Positions 28,479 to 42,035 of a DNA stretch of 64,000 nucleotides are shown here, in pieces (the first letter of the stretch is position 1; every line of letters starts with the position of its first letter). This stretch comes from Octopus sinensis. Taxonomy: Eukaryota. Below the pieces are notes generated by a model. It saw only the letters and a program-made list of their open reading frames with translations. It was not told where the DNA came from and ran no database searches. The translations under genes were made by a program, and so were the position numbers. Where the stretch lies: the NCBI RefSeq assembly GCF_006345805.1, contig NC_042998.1, positions 87,730,001 to 87,794,000 on the forward strand, in the 5' to 3' direction.

Positions 28479-29228
28479 GTGCATAAACATATTATATATC
28501 ATATATGCGCAGCTATGGTTTTAATTAAAAAATAACAATTAGAATTTATTATTTAACTATAATTACTGGAGATTGAAACTGGGTGACATAATAAATTTCT
28601 TAAGTAATTAAATCTATCATAAGTTATGTAAATTCAGAATAAGGTTTTTAGTTTCTAATTAATCGTATCAAAATATCGTTTAAGCTAATTAACGGCTTCT
28701 TTTGTTTTTCAACACATTACACACGCACGTGCATAAATGCATTAAACAAATTTGCATATACATATACACATAAATAAAAGTTTTTTTTACATACATTGGA
28801 TGCAAAAACGCACATATCTGAGTCTATCAATGATCTACCAACACATTGGAATGTAGCTCCTTCTGTCAAATTCTTCCCCTGACGAAATGTCCAATCAGCT
28901 ATATTCAATAGGAAACTTTAATTTGATTTGATTTAATTTTATTTAATTTCTCAAATTGAATTAATTGGGCATGGAAACAATTTTAGGTGCTATGAGTTTG
29001 TTTTCGTTTGGAATTAAATATATTCTAATAAATTGAAGTTTTTATCTCAAATTTTCCGTGTCTTTTTCTCATACATAAACAATAAAATATTCATATCCAC
29101 CAATACTAACATCTTTGGTTTTTCCCTGATACACTGGATAAAACCGGGGAACTTGGATGCTGACATTTCCTTAAGAAGATTTATATCCTTGATTTAATTA
29201 AATCATATATATATTCAAAAAGAGAGAG

Positions 29229-29267
<39 letters not shown>

Positions 29268-31026
29268 ACAGTTGATTATGGAATAGTTTTTATAGAATTT
29301 TTCTCCCAAATCCTTTTCCATCTGGTAAATAATACTTAAAATGTTACAATCTGAAAGTTTTACTAAAAGAATGAGATGGGCAGTATTTCGATATAAAAAG
29401 CAATCCAGAAATTACAAACATAACAAGTTTGGGTTCAAAAGAAGGAAACAATCTCCCCCAAACAAAGAACAGGGACCCTTTGGAGCAGATTAATTTTTTT
29501 TTTAAGCTTCGTAAAAATCGTTAAATTTCAGAAATACGTATTTCCAAAGTCTTTAAGCTAGAATTCAAGAACCCTACAAAATTCCAATAAATCCATGTAT
29601 CATCATGCAGCAGAGAAAGTCCGTGTAGTCTACAAACATATCACAGATTATTATCCAAACAACTTACCAGTATTTCAAATATTTAAATTCAATATCTGTA
29701 ATTTTATAGGCTCTGAAGTAAAATACCCTCCTACGAGCCTCAATATAAAGACAGAGTAGACAATCCAAATGCAAGTTCCTCATACATTAGATTGCACTAC
29801 ATGAAGACAGTGATACTTAACGGCTGCCACTTATTAAATACTTTAATCTATTGTGCTAAAGTTGTCTCCGAAAATATTTTTGTCCTACAATTTATATCAG
29901 CTTATCGAGATTGTGTTATAAGTTGCTTTAATCAACATAGCTACATATAGTTACACATTTAATAGACTTAAACGGAATTTTGATGCTAGTTTCGGCAAAC
30001 GTGTGGTTTAAAAAAAAACATGATCTGTAACGTTTAAAATCTAACAGTTGTCCTTAGTCATATGAATCCTCTGTGCATCGTAGTTTTTGTTCAAATTTGT
30101 GTTGCAAATTTTGTCTGATAAAAAAAAAATTAATGATGTGAATTGAAAATGACAACGGGTAATATAATACTTTAGAAATTCGTATTGCATTCTTTGAATT
30201 TCTTTGTATTTATGTATTCTCATATAATTGACTGCAGTAACTAAAAATTACAAGAAGTGGAAAATATGCAACTTTTATATCTCTACATTTAAAAGCACTT
30301 AATCACTATAAATTATTTCTATTTCAATGGAAATAATACTCACATTCGCCAAAATACGTATATGATTTTAAAATATTTTTTGGCAAATATAGTTACATAT
30401 ATTATTATACATCCCTCATAGCTTAACGTATAGATAATGATTGAGTAGAATTTGCAAGACGGAATTTGTGCACTAGGCCCGTTGTATATGCATAATTTTT
30501 GTGAATTTTTTATGTTTATCGGTGTAAAAACTAGCATGGTACAGAAAAGTATACCGTAGTCATTCCAGAAATATAAATTTATGAAATACGTAGGGTCAAT
30601 ATGATCAATTAAAACCCTTGAAATAATTGTTACACAAAGACAGAAACTAGAAAACGTATGGTATCTATACATACACACACACGCACACATATGGACGAAC
30701 TAATACACCCATTCCATCACACACGTACATATTCAACTTATAACTGAAGGTCTCTAAGTATAACTAATACTGAAACAATGGAAGGCTGTCCAAATTCAAA
30801 AAATACAAGACACAGCAGCTATCTGGGAGCCACTGTTTAACGACGGTACTGCCCTTCTTACACAATTTTAGCCACGGAACATTTAACATAATACTTTGCA
30901 GAAACATTTGAGTGCTTTGAATTACAAGTCAGCTTAAAAAAAAAGTTTTCCACAAGTCTCAGGGCTTCAGGAAGATTAGAACCATCCCTTAGATTTGGCA
31001 CAAAGGTAGCGGAAACTAAACCTCTC

Positions 31027-31165
31027 CACCAGTTCAGTCTTTTCGAACGAATTAAGGCCAAGATCGATAAAACAGTTAATAACAGACAAGTAACAGCAAA
31101 TAGAACATTTGGCAGACTGTACAAACAACTTTGAAACAGAAAGTATCTGAGGAACAACACAAAGA
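31027..31165 (+). mobile_element. RTE (BovB-like) LINE RT fragment
   Basis: AKIDKTVNNRQVTANRTFGRLYKQL*NRKYLRNNTK matches the RTE motif IDxExxxRxxKAxxAFGRLxxxVW. Confidence 0.7.
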
Positions 31166-31208
31166 ACACATAGAATTCCATATGTATACAAATGAGTGTG
31201 TGTGTATG

Positions 31209-31296
<88 letters not shown>

Positions 31297-31344
31297 CTCT
31301 TTCACTCTTTTCTTGTTTCAAGCATACACACATATACATACATA

Positions 31345-31737
31345 TATTATTTTATTCGTTTCAGTCATTTGACTGCAGCCATGTTGGAGCACCGCCTTTA
31401 GTCGAACAAATTGACCCCAGGACTTATTCTTCGTAAGCCTTGTACTTATCCTATCGGTGTCTTTTACCGAACCGCTATGTTACGGGTACGTAAACACACC
31501 AACATCTGTTGTCAAGTGATCGTGGGAGGATAAACACTGAAACATACACACACGCACACACACATATATATATACGACAGGCTTCATTCAGTTTCCGTCA
31601 ACCAAATCCACTCACAAGGCTTTGGTCGACCCTAGGCTACAGTAGAATACACTTGCCCAAGGTGTCACGCAGTGGGACTGAACCTGGAACCATGTGGCTG
31701 ATAAGCAAGCTACTTACCACACAGCCACGCCTGTGCA
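31345..31737 (-). mobile_element. SINE family A, full length
   Basis: Minus strand: tRNA-like head (ggctgtgtggtaag...ggttcagtccc), ccttgggcaagtgt central motif, internal (TG/TA) microsatellite and gactgaaacgaataaaa tail. Confidence 0.9.
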
Positions 31738-32467
31738 TATATTTATGCATACGCACGCATATATGATGTATGTTTGCGTGCATGTGCAAATAGACGAGAG
31801 TAAACAAGGCGGGGAAAAGCGTTAGTACTCTAATGTAAAGCATTATATTTCATTTATTGAAACTGACTGTTCATATTTCGTGACTCAAAATTTTACGTTT
31901 CCGATCTTCAGACAAACTTAGAGAAGAGGTAAATGAAATCTTGCATTTTAGAAAATCAAAACAATAATCGGGCTTTTAATTGTGCATAGGAAAATGCTTA
32001 TGAGCAAAGAAATTACGAAAGATAACTTAGGAAAACAGTAAAAGAAAAAAGAATAGCAAATAGTTATGATAACAAAAGATAGGTAAAAAAAAATGATGTA
32101 AATATGCAGATTTATGATGTACAAAGTATTTGAAAGCGACAATGGGGAGGGGAAGGCATTGTGCACATGCGCATTCGCTGCTTAACATGACAAATAAAAT
32201 CAACATGCATAAATGCTACATATGTATTTATGCATGTGTCTATATGTGCACGTGTGGGTGAGCGTCTGTGAGTACGCATACCTCTGTGCACATGTATTTG
32301 TTTATAGATATAGGTATGTGTGTATACATATACATGTACGTATACAATGTGAGCGTGTATGTGTGTGCGGGTATATGCGTATATGTGTATACATGTATGT
32401 GCTTATCTCTGTCTGAGCAAATTCATATTTATACACAATACAGCATGTTTCGAATGTTCAATTATGC

Positions 32468-32502
<35 letters not shown>

Positions 32503-32515
32503 ATACGTACACACA

Positions 32516-32567
<52 letters not shown>

Positions 32568-33120
32568 ATATATATATATATATATGTACACATGCACATA
32601 TATATGTACATATATATATATATACAAATGTATCTATATATATGTGTGTATATATATATATGTGTATATATATATAAATGCTTATATATGTATGTATGTA
32701 TGTATATATATATATATATATATTTCTTTGTATCAGTCTTTCTCATCCATCATCTCCGTTCGCTTATTAAATTCCGTCCTTATCATCTCTGTTTGACCAC
32801 TCTGGCCACATTCTCCACAACGCTCCCCACTGCCTCTCTTACCCTCCACTCAACCCTACACTGCAGACCCAGCTACTTCCTTACATATTACAGACACACC
32901 GACCCCTGTTGCATTGCATGTGTGAGTTTGTGTGTGAATGTATAGAATATATGTGTATATCCGTGCCTGCAAGTATCCTGTATCTTTACGAAATGGTTCT
33001 CTAATTTATCGCTCCTTGGTGAATTAGCATTAACTAATGCATACATACATAGAACTAAAAGAATATATGCATATTCATGTGTTTGTATGTATGAGAGTGT
33101 GTGTGTATGTGAGTGCGTGC

Positions 33121-33175
<55 letters not shown>

Positions 33176-33639
33176 TATATATGTGTGTATGTGTGTGTGT
33201 ATCTTTCGTAACATAATCAGGATAATAGAACTCAAAACATGGGCATATATGTATCCATTTTATTAATAATCGGCAGAAATTAATGAGTGGCCTCAAGTGC
33301 CGAAAATTTTGTGCATTGACACTCAAGTGCCAACACTCGAAACCTTCGACCCTTGAGTCACTCATTAAATTCTGGCGATTAATGATAGTAATCCCTTCTA
33401 CTTTAGACACAATGATTGAAAATTTCTGGATAGCTGGAGTAGTAGATTACATCAATCATTTTATCGATCTCGAAAGGATGGAAGACAAAATTAACCTCGG
33501 CGGAATTTGAACTTGGAATGTAGAACCAAAAGAGAGCCGCTAATCATTTTCTATAACGTGGTAACAATTCAGCCAACTCGTCAACTTAAATGAATGATAA
33601 CAACAACAACAACAACAACAACAATAATAATAGTAAACC

Positions 33640-34290
33640 AATGTAATGAAAAACAATGGGTTTGAAATAGTGGACCACCTAATCACTGTGTGTAAGGTGT
33701 TATCACCTGTTGAGTACAAATCCAGACATGACAGAGTTGGCCAATATCTACATTGGATAATGTGTCAGCATTATAAAATCAAAACTGCTGACCAATGGCA
33801 CAAGCATCATCCTGAAGCAGTAACTGAGAGAGAAAATGTAACGGTTATTTGGGACTTCAAAGCAAATAACCAGATATTCTTGTGAAAGATTAAAACAATA
33901 AAGTGTGTTTATTGATTGATATGAACATACCCTCTGACCATAATATCTCGGCAAAAGAATTTCGTAAGCTCAGAAAATATAAAGACTTGCTAATCATAAT
34001 CAAAAAGATGCTTGGTATGATAAAAAAAGGAACTGAAAATTATCTAAGAATAATCTATGGCTTACCATCCATACAGTAAGTGTAAAAAATTGCCTTAACT
34101 GGTACGTCACACGTACTGAGAAGAGCATTGTCGCTGTGAATTTTTGATCCTTTTTTCCCCTTTTTATTTGTTCATTTTTCTTTTTTCTTTATTCTCTGTC
34201 TTTCTTCCCCTATTTCTCTATCACGTGGCTTTGTAAATGAACAATCTGGTGTGTTTATTTTAATGGCCTATCAATGTATACAGCGCGTTT
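33640..34290 (+). mobile_element. Dong/R4-like non-LTR element, 3' fragment (restriction-like endonuclease domain)
   Basis: EIVDHLITVCKVLSPVEYKSRHDRVGQYLHWIMCQHY...VIWDF, LLIDMNIPSDHNISAKE, KIALTGTSHVLRRAL: the end of the CCHC knuckle plus the RHD, WDF and D-x-K motifs. Preceded by (CAA)n(TAA)n. Confidence 0.85.
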
Positions 34291-34300
34291 CTCCTAGGTG

Positions 34301-35287
34301 TCAGGAAGACACTCGGCAAGAAATGGAAACAGAATTGAAAGAAGGTGCAAATGAAAATAATAACCCACAAACATTTAAGAAAGAAGATAAAAAAGAATGA
34401 GTAAACAACTGGGAAATGAAACCACTGCATGGGCAATACCTCAGAGAAATCAAAGGAAAAGATAAGATCAATACATGGAGATGGCTAAGAAAAAGTGATC
34501 TGAAAGGATGCAGTGAGGCATTGATATGCCGTGCCCAGGAACAAGCTCTGAGAACACCAAGTTCCAAATAGATAAGAATAGCGAATCGCCCCTTTGTAGG
34601 ATGTGTGGCAGCAGAAACGAAACAATCTCACGTATTGTAAATGAGTGTAGCAAGCTGACCTAAAATCACTACAAAGGGAGGTACGATAATGTGGCTAAGT
34701 TCGTCCACTGGAGGCTATGCGAAAAGTACAGCTTGAACAGAACACGGAAATGGTACGAACATGAACCATAAGGAGTCACAGAGGACATAAGAATATAGGA
34801 TACTGTGAGATTTTACAATACAGTGTGACTCCCTAATCGAGGCTCCGAGACGAGATATTGTTGTGCTAGATAAAGGAAAAAGGGAAACCAAGATCATAGA
34901 TATTGCAACATCTGGATCTGCATACGTAAGTGACAAAGAACTAGAAAATATTGAAAAGGCAAAATTTCAAGAATGTGGACTGTGAGGAGAGTGTCTTTAA
35001 TTCCAGTCATTGTAGGGGCACTCGGAGCACTAACAACTCAGTTCGAGAAATATGTCACAGAAATCGGTATTGACACGAGAGCAGAGCAAGCCCAAAAAAC
35101 TGCTCTCCTGGGGCAGCTAGGATTTTGAGATTGGAACTTGGATGTTGAATGCCTCCCACGATAATTAGCAACCAAATATCAAAGCTTATAATGTGCGAAA
35201 AGAGACCCTATGAGACCTCTGACGGCAGACTGCTGCCAGCTCTCACAGAATTCTCCAGAAGAAACAAGAGCGAAATTTCTGATAATG
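34301..35287 (+). mobile_element. Second Dong/R4-like element, 3' fragment
   Basis: KPLHGQYLRE, EALICRAQEQALRT, CRMCGSRNETISRIVNEC, WYEHEP, RRDIVV, IIDIA, VIVGALG, AQKTALL...RILR; ORF remnant stops at ~35148. Confidence 0.85.
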
Positions 35288-35291
35288 CGTA

Positions 35292-35366
<75 letters not shown>

Positions 35367-35369
<3 letters not shown>

Positions 35370-35482
35370 GAATAAGTACTGGTATTTCAAAGAATAAGTC
35401 CCGGGGTCGATTTGATCGACTAAAGGCGGTGCTCCAGCATGGCTGCAGTCAAATGACTGAAACAAGTAAAAGAGAAAAGAGA
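35367..35482 (+). mobile_element. SINE family A, 3' tail
   Basis: Reverse complement of the 31345-31460 and 16113-16230 sequences. Confidence 0.85.
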
Positions 35483-36001
35483 GAGAGTATACACATATTT
35501 ACATACATGTACATGCACACACGCGCACACGCACGCACACAAACACACACACACACACATACATTTATACATACTTACACACATAGAAGCATAAACGTAT
35601 GCATGATGTTTCTTTGGAATTAATTTATCCCTTTTGCTTTGCAGTACACAATTTGATTACTAAGAAAAAGGCAAATATGTTTTAAGTCAAGACAAATATG
35701 AAGCGGGAGTATTTTGCATGCCACTTCAGTACAGAAGTTTATTTGAACTTTAGCAAGTTACATGCCTGTGCGCCATATGTACGTGTAACTGTGCTCATAT
35801 ATTCAGTTAAAGCAGCTAGAATGGAGAATCCCTTGAATTTTATATAAATATCACTGTTGTACTAATTGATTTTATTATGAGACAGGGAATGAATTTGCTT
35901 TGCTCTTTCTTGACGAACCCCAGTATTTCTTAACTCTTATGTAATCTGATGTTACACAGCCCAGCAGTATATGCGTATGTATAAGTATGTATGTATGTAT
36001 G

Positions 36002-36032
<31 letters not shown>

Positions 36033-37555
36033 TGTATGTATGTATGTATATATGTATGTATGCATGTATGTATGTTCATTTTTGTTTTTTAATTATTTCA
36101 TGTCTTTCTGTAAGGAAGGAGCTGGACACAAAATTCCATCGTTGGACTGTAGGTTAAGAAACCACAGTTTGGACTTGAGAAAAAGTATTGCATATTTTTA
36201 CATTTCTACACATTTTTATATATGTATGTATATCCGTATGTATGTATGTATGTATGTATGTATGTATGTATGTATGTATGTATGTATGTATGTATGTATG
36301 TATGTATGTTCGTGCATTTACGCACAAACATAGCATAGAAGCATGTATGAGTACATATGTCTGTATAAACCTATTTATGTATACCTTGTGTTTCTCTGTG
36401 GCTAGATGACTATCTAATATGTAGGTATGTATATGGACCTATGAAAATCGATGTATGTACATACGTATGTGTATGCATGTATGTATATGTTCGTTGATTC
36501 CTTTTAAATCAGTTGAGTTATAAACGTGTGTGTTTGTGTATGTGCATATATTTGTAGGCGTGAGTGTCTATGGGTTTGTGTATGGATGTTCATGTATATA
36601 CATATATGTGTATCCGTGCCTGTACGTGTATGCAAGAGCTTACACGTACATTTTAAACTTTGCGTTCCATTTTCTAAAATGACATTGAAGAAATTCAGCA
36701 CAAATATAATGCAATGAATATGTGTTGAACTCGGTTTTATTTCAATGTTTTTATCAGGCAAAATATCATGCTGTAATGTATTAGTATAGTCACTATTCCA
36801 TGTAATCAGCTCCTCATAAGCTTAGTCGTTTAAAATATGGTAGGCGTTCTATTCCATACAGCTTGATACAAACGTAGGTGGACTGATATTAAACATATAT
36901 CCCATGTGTATATAAGAAGATTTTTATCCGTAAACTTTATTATATTCTTACACCCACACAAAATTATTCACACATGAGCAGTATTTCACTAACGCTTAGA
37001 AGGCGGCGTGTAGTTGAGTGAGTGAGTGAGGGAATGAGTGGCTGAGTGAGTGAGAGAGAGTTTGTGTGTGAGTGTGTGGGTATGCGTGCGTGTGTGTTTA
37101 TGCGTGCACGTGTGCGTATACATGCTTTTGTGCATTTACACTAACTGGATATTAAAACCATTCATGAACACCTTTCGAAAATCGTTTTAATCCAATATCT
37201 GATGAAGAGTATATTCTGTATGTCATTGCAGGCCACTTTACATCACGTTACACAGGGTGTCATAAAATGAGTCAATCCTAAGATTTGTATGCTGTGGTGT
37301 TTGTAGTGAGAGCTACACTGCGGACTAACGATACAAGTAACGAGACGACCTGTATCGGGTTTCTGGTTTGATAAATCAGGTTTTTTTAAAAAACTAACCA
37401 GAAGACACTAGAAAGTTGTTTCATTAATTCCGTAGCATCCAATCTTACTAGAGGTCTTGGTTGAGGATTGCCAGCAGACATGGAAACTTGAGAAATGAAG
37501 AATATCTTCAAGTAATATACAGAGTAAATTACTGATGAGTATTCAGTGCTTTTTT

Positions 37556-37601
<46 letters not shown>

Positions 37602-37604
<3 letters not shown>

Positions 37605-38482
37605 GGTGTTTCAAAAATTTGATATCATTTCGCAATCTAATAACTTTACCAGTTCTTGTTGAAACAACTTCAAATTTTAACAGCATGTGTAGAAACAGGT
37701 CAAAATTTTATGTTTAACGTTTGATATGTTTATCTTTTTAGATATAGAAATGGCATTCACTGAAAGAGAAAAGGCGTTTTGTGTGTTGGAGTGTGTTCGA
37801 ACACAGTCGAACAAGACTGTGCAGCGTGCATGAGAGAGTTCTCTAAAAAGTCACCAACGACAATGCAGATTTAGACATGGCATAAAAAATTCAAAGAGGA
37901 AGGTTGTCTGTGCAGGGAAAAATGATCTGGATGACCACTAGCATCGGAAGAGACAGTCAAGTGGGTTAGCCAAAAATTCTTGCGAAGTCCCAAGAAGTCT
38001 ATAAGAACAAGTCCGGAAATCCAGATTCCTCCAACGACAGTTTGGCGCGTCCTGAGGAAACGCTTGCTAATAAAAACCTAGAAGCTGCAGCACGTTCAGG
38101 CCATAAGGGCAGATGACAAGTGAAAACGCAAACATGGGGCTATGTGAAGGGCCTGCTCTATGTCTCTGCTCTTCCCGCAAACCTAGAGGAACTCGAGCAG
38201 AGAATCACTACCGCACTGGAGACTGTTACCTAAGACACGCTGCAGCGTGTTTGGGAGGAGCTGGACTACCGAATTGACGTTGTCTGTGTCTCAGGCGGTG
38301 TGCATATTGAACATTTGTGAAATGGTTCATGGAATCCACATATCTTTGAATTTCTCATTCAAATTCGGAGGAATAAACCTTATCTTGCTCAACATTAAGT
38401 TTATTTAGTTTCATTTGCTTTGACAATGTAGTTTCTTTGATATTTACATCTCAAAAGATATCAAATTTTTTGAAACACTTTG
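37602..38482 (+). mobile_element. Tc1/mariner-superfamily element (DUF4817-type HTH, maT/rosa-like), internally deleted
   Basis: TIRs CAGGGTGTTTCAAAAATTTGATATC and reverse complement CAAAGTGTTTCAAAAAATTTGATATC, TA on both sides. The transposase remnant MAFTEREKAFCVLE...RSPKKSIR...TTVWRVLRKRL is joined directly to WGYVKGLLY...LEELEQRI...GGVHIEHL. Confidence 0.85.
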
Positions 38483-38787
38483 TATATGCCTGGGGCTAAA
38501 CGACAGTAACACTCGTCCCTTCCAGGACAACCACATTATGTTGGCAAATAGTGTTTACTTTAAAAAACTGTTACTGAATGTTTCTCTTTGAGAGATTTAC
38601 AAATAATAATGTTTCTATTTATTAGATCAGTATTGTGTGTCAGCTTTGAAAACTATATATTTTCGAACGGGAATTCAGCAACGCCACCTGGTCAAGCAGC
38701 TACTCTGTGTTGGTAAAGAACAATAACCCAGAAACCAGTCCAGAAATATTACTTTGTGGTGGATGGGGTGCTGGACACCCTATTCAG

Positions 38788-38821
<34 letters not shown>

Positions 38822-39078
38822 TAATAAATAAATAAAACATGTGCATATATACATACATATATGTACGTACCTACCTCTACATGTATATATACATGCATAT
38901 ATGGGTACAGAACACCCAAAAAAACGTCGAACACAATGAGAAACGTAAACATAAACACAAAACCAGGGAAATTGACATTTTTCTTAAACAACGAAAGAAT
39001 AGAGTACAGGACATACAAAACAAGGAAAATTCCCCTTCTTCAGTCGCCTTTGTTTCATCTACTCAACATTTCGAAGGT

Positions 39079-39132
<54 letters not shown>

Positions 39133-39396
39133 TTTTATTCTTTTACTTGTTTCACTCAATTATAAGGCGATGAGAATTCATAGTTGAGTGCCATGTTAAC
39201 CGGAGACCTTGTGGTTGGGATGCTAACTTCTTAACCACACACCACACAGCCATTCTTGCACTCAAACACGAAGACAGATTCAGCATCGAGTCCACGTTAA
39301 CCTGTTATATGATCTCTCGTTGTTAATCGTTAGAAAGCGTCCAGAACAACAACATAACAAAATCTGAAACCACGTCACGAAGAACAGCAACAACAA

Positions 39397-39428
<32 letters not shown>

Positions 39429-39738
39429 ATAACAACAACAAATTATGATCGCATGGGGAAAAAGAATAACGAATATAACGTCTCAGTAACAAACAGTAGA
39501 AAATTGTAATTAGATAATTAGAAAAATGGTTAATTATAGGCCAAAATAGAAAAAGCAATTTAAATAGAAAAGGATACAGGTCTGCGTCAGTAGTAAACGT
39601 TATAATTTCTAAGGAAAAGATTAAGCTTATTGTGTCTAATCTGTATTTTCTACATGTTAATACGTGCAAAAGATTGAATTGAAATACAGTACATGGAGTT
39701 ATAAAAGAGCTACTGGGGGTAGTGACATATCATACATT

Positions 39739-39773
<35 letters not shown>

Positions 39774-40589
39774 TTCAATCATTTATTTAATCATTTTCTT
39801 TTGAAGCATTCACATCGTCATCATCTCCATCATCATCCCCATCTCCCTTGACATCGTCACCATTATCATAACCACGATCATGATCATCGTCGTCACCATC
39901 ATCTTTATCCTCCTCCTCCTCCTCCTTCTGATCATCATCATCGTTGCTGCTGTCATCAATATGCTTGTTATTGTCATTGCTACGTATCTCAATTTGCCCT
40001 ATACAACTCTACTTCTTGCGGTCGTCGGTGTCGTTGTCGCCAACACCACCACCATCACACCACTAACAATACCATTATCATCATATTACCTTCATTGTCG
40101 TCGTCGTTCTTGTCATCGTCACTAACACCACCATCACCCTCACCATTATCGTCCTCACCATCGATATCACTATCAACTTCGCAATTATCTTTACCATATC
40201 GTTTGATATGTTATATATTATGGATGAACTTAAATCCTATAGGATTGCAGAACAAACCTAACTGTTCTAAGTCTTCATAAAATCAACTATGAATTTTTAT
40301 TGGACACAAAATAATATAGGACTTTTAATTTCCAGGATATTCTGACTCAACCGTAACGAAGAAACCTCTAGATAATTGTTTGATCTGTAAGAAATAGCAG
40401 CCAAATATCCCCCAACTCATACTGTATAATGTATTTTTGCATATAGCATGCCTTGCCTCATTTCAGGCCCTAAACAACCTGATGATGTCGTACTGATACC
40501 GTCGAGACCAACATACGGTGTGTTTTTGTACATTTGAAATCTAGCCAAGTTTTTCCCCCTCCAGAGCTGACAGCAGCCGATTTATTTTA

Positions 40590-40795
40590 AGTTTTATCTT
40601 TTACTTGTTTCAGACATAGCAATGCAGGAATGCTAGGGCACCGCCTTGAAGATTTAGTTGAACAAATCAACTCCAGTACTTACAATTTAAGGCTGGAAGT
40701 GATTCTTTTGCCGAAACAGTGATTATTGAAATGTGAAAAAACCGACACTGGTTGTGAAGTGATGGTGGTGTACAAACAAACATATATGTGTGTGT
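40590..40795 (-). mobile_element. Degenerate SINE family A, 3' half
   Basis: Colinear with 16113-16325. Confidence 0.65.
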
Positions 40796-41051
40796 GTGTG
40801 TGTATAAACTGATACACCTGCTTGTTGTTCTCTCACCTGTCTTCGTTTTCTGTAACTATACATACATACATACATACATACATACATACATACATACATG
40901 CATACATACATACACATACACACACACAGACGCACACACATTTGCAGGAACATGAGGAAATAAACAGAGAGAGTAAAAAAACTTGTGGATTTAGCGATCA
41001 ATCATGGCGACTGATTGATTGCTAAATCCACAAGCTTTTTATTCCTCCCCA

Positions 41052-41118
<67 letters not shown>

Positions 41119-41447
41119 TACGGTATCGACCCAACTATCGGATGTTGTTATGCAACGCTGGTCACAATGCACTGTGCATTGTTTAGCTTTCGAGTGATGC
41201 CACTCCCGTGGCTAGACGTGCAGGCCAATATATATATGGGTTAAAAAGTCGCAGTAAAGTCCGTTCGAACAGACAGCCATGGTGAAGTGGCTACGAACAT
41301 TGCTTCTTAGTACAACTACTGCGTTGATCTCTTAGAGAGATTTTAGAACTAGCTTTTTTGCTTGTTGCAAAATCAGCGACTATACGTCGCTTGAAATTAT
41401 ATATATTGCGAGCAGAAGCGAGCTACTGCGATCTCTACGAGATGAGG

Positions 41448-41965
41448 GGATCTATAATAAAGAGGATACCGCCAATTGGACTCTCAAAGGAAGGTAAGGC
41501 TTGTTTTTACTGTACGGTTGTAGTACTGAAAGAGTGTGTTTGGAGGACTAGAATGGAAGGTTCTGTGACAGGGTCCTTCATCTCTGGCCCCGGTTTGCTG
41601 TCTTACTTCAGATACCATCTGAAGAGCAAGATGGGGTTGGAGAGGAGGACCCAGCCACCGAGTGAATACGAAGGATGTGATGAGAAAGGTGGGTGTCAGT
41701 AACCCAGCTTAATCATTGATGAAAGGAAAAGATAGTTTCTGGGCCTTATAGGCTGCCGGGTCGATCTTTTTGAACTTCAATTCGTTTTCTTTCTTTGTTT
41801 TCGTTTAAAAAAAAAGGACTAGTTTAAGGTAAAAATTAATCGTTATATAAAATATGTTTTAAGTAAATTGTTAACATATGCTCATTCGAACTCATTTAAC
41901 ATTTTTGTATTTGTCTTGTAATGTCCTTTTCTATGTACGATAAGTTTAATCATAATAAAGATTTT
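41448..41965 (+). mobile_element. 5'-truncated L1/Tx1-like LINE with a 17-bp TSD
   Basis: TSD ATCTCTACGAGATGAGG at 41431-41447 and 41966-41982. ORF remnant SKEGKACFYCTVVVLKECVWRTR...YFRYHLKSKMGLERR resembles the Tx1 ORF2 C-terminus and the fragment at ~50640-50950. AATAAA at ~41955. Confidence 0.75.
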
Positions 41966-41985
41966 ATCTCTACGAGATGAGGTGT

Positions 41986-42035
41986 TCAGTACTGGAGAGA
42001 GCTAGAAATAGCCCGAAACCAGGCTGGTCTGCCGG
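41986..42035 (+). ncRNA. Type I hammerhead ribozyme with a mutated core
   Basis: Stem I TCAGTA/TGCCGG (two wobbles, one mismatch). Core CTGGAGA at 41992-41998 (A6 changed to G). Stem II GAGCTA-GAAA-TAGCCC. GAAA at 42015-42018. Stem III ACCA-GGC-TGGT. GTC with predicted cut after 42029. Confidence 0.75.

Noticed and set aside
31885-31912. CTGAAGA-TCG-GAAACGTA on the minus strand
   Set aside because: Stem II is reduced to 3 nt and stem I does not pair; too weak to call.
41998-42012. AGAGCTAGAAATAGC, identical to part of the engineered SpCas9 sgRNA scaffold
   Set aside because: It is only 15 nt, there is no repeat-spacer array or cas gene, and the sequence is explained as stem II (GAAA tetraloop) of the hammerhead.
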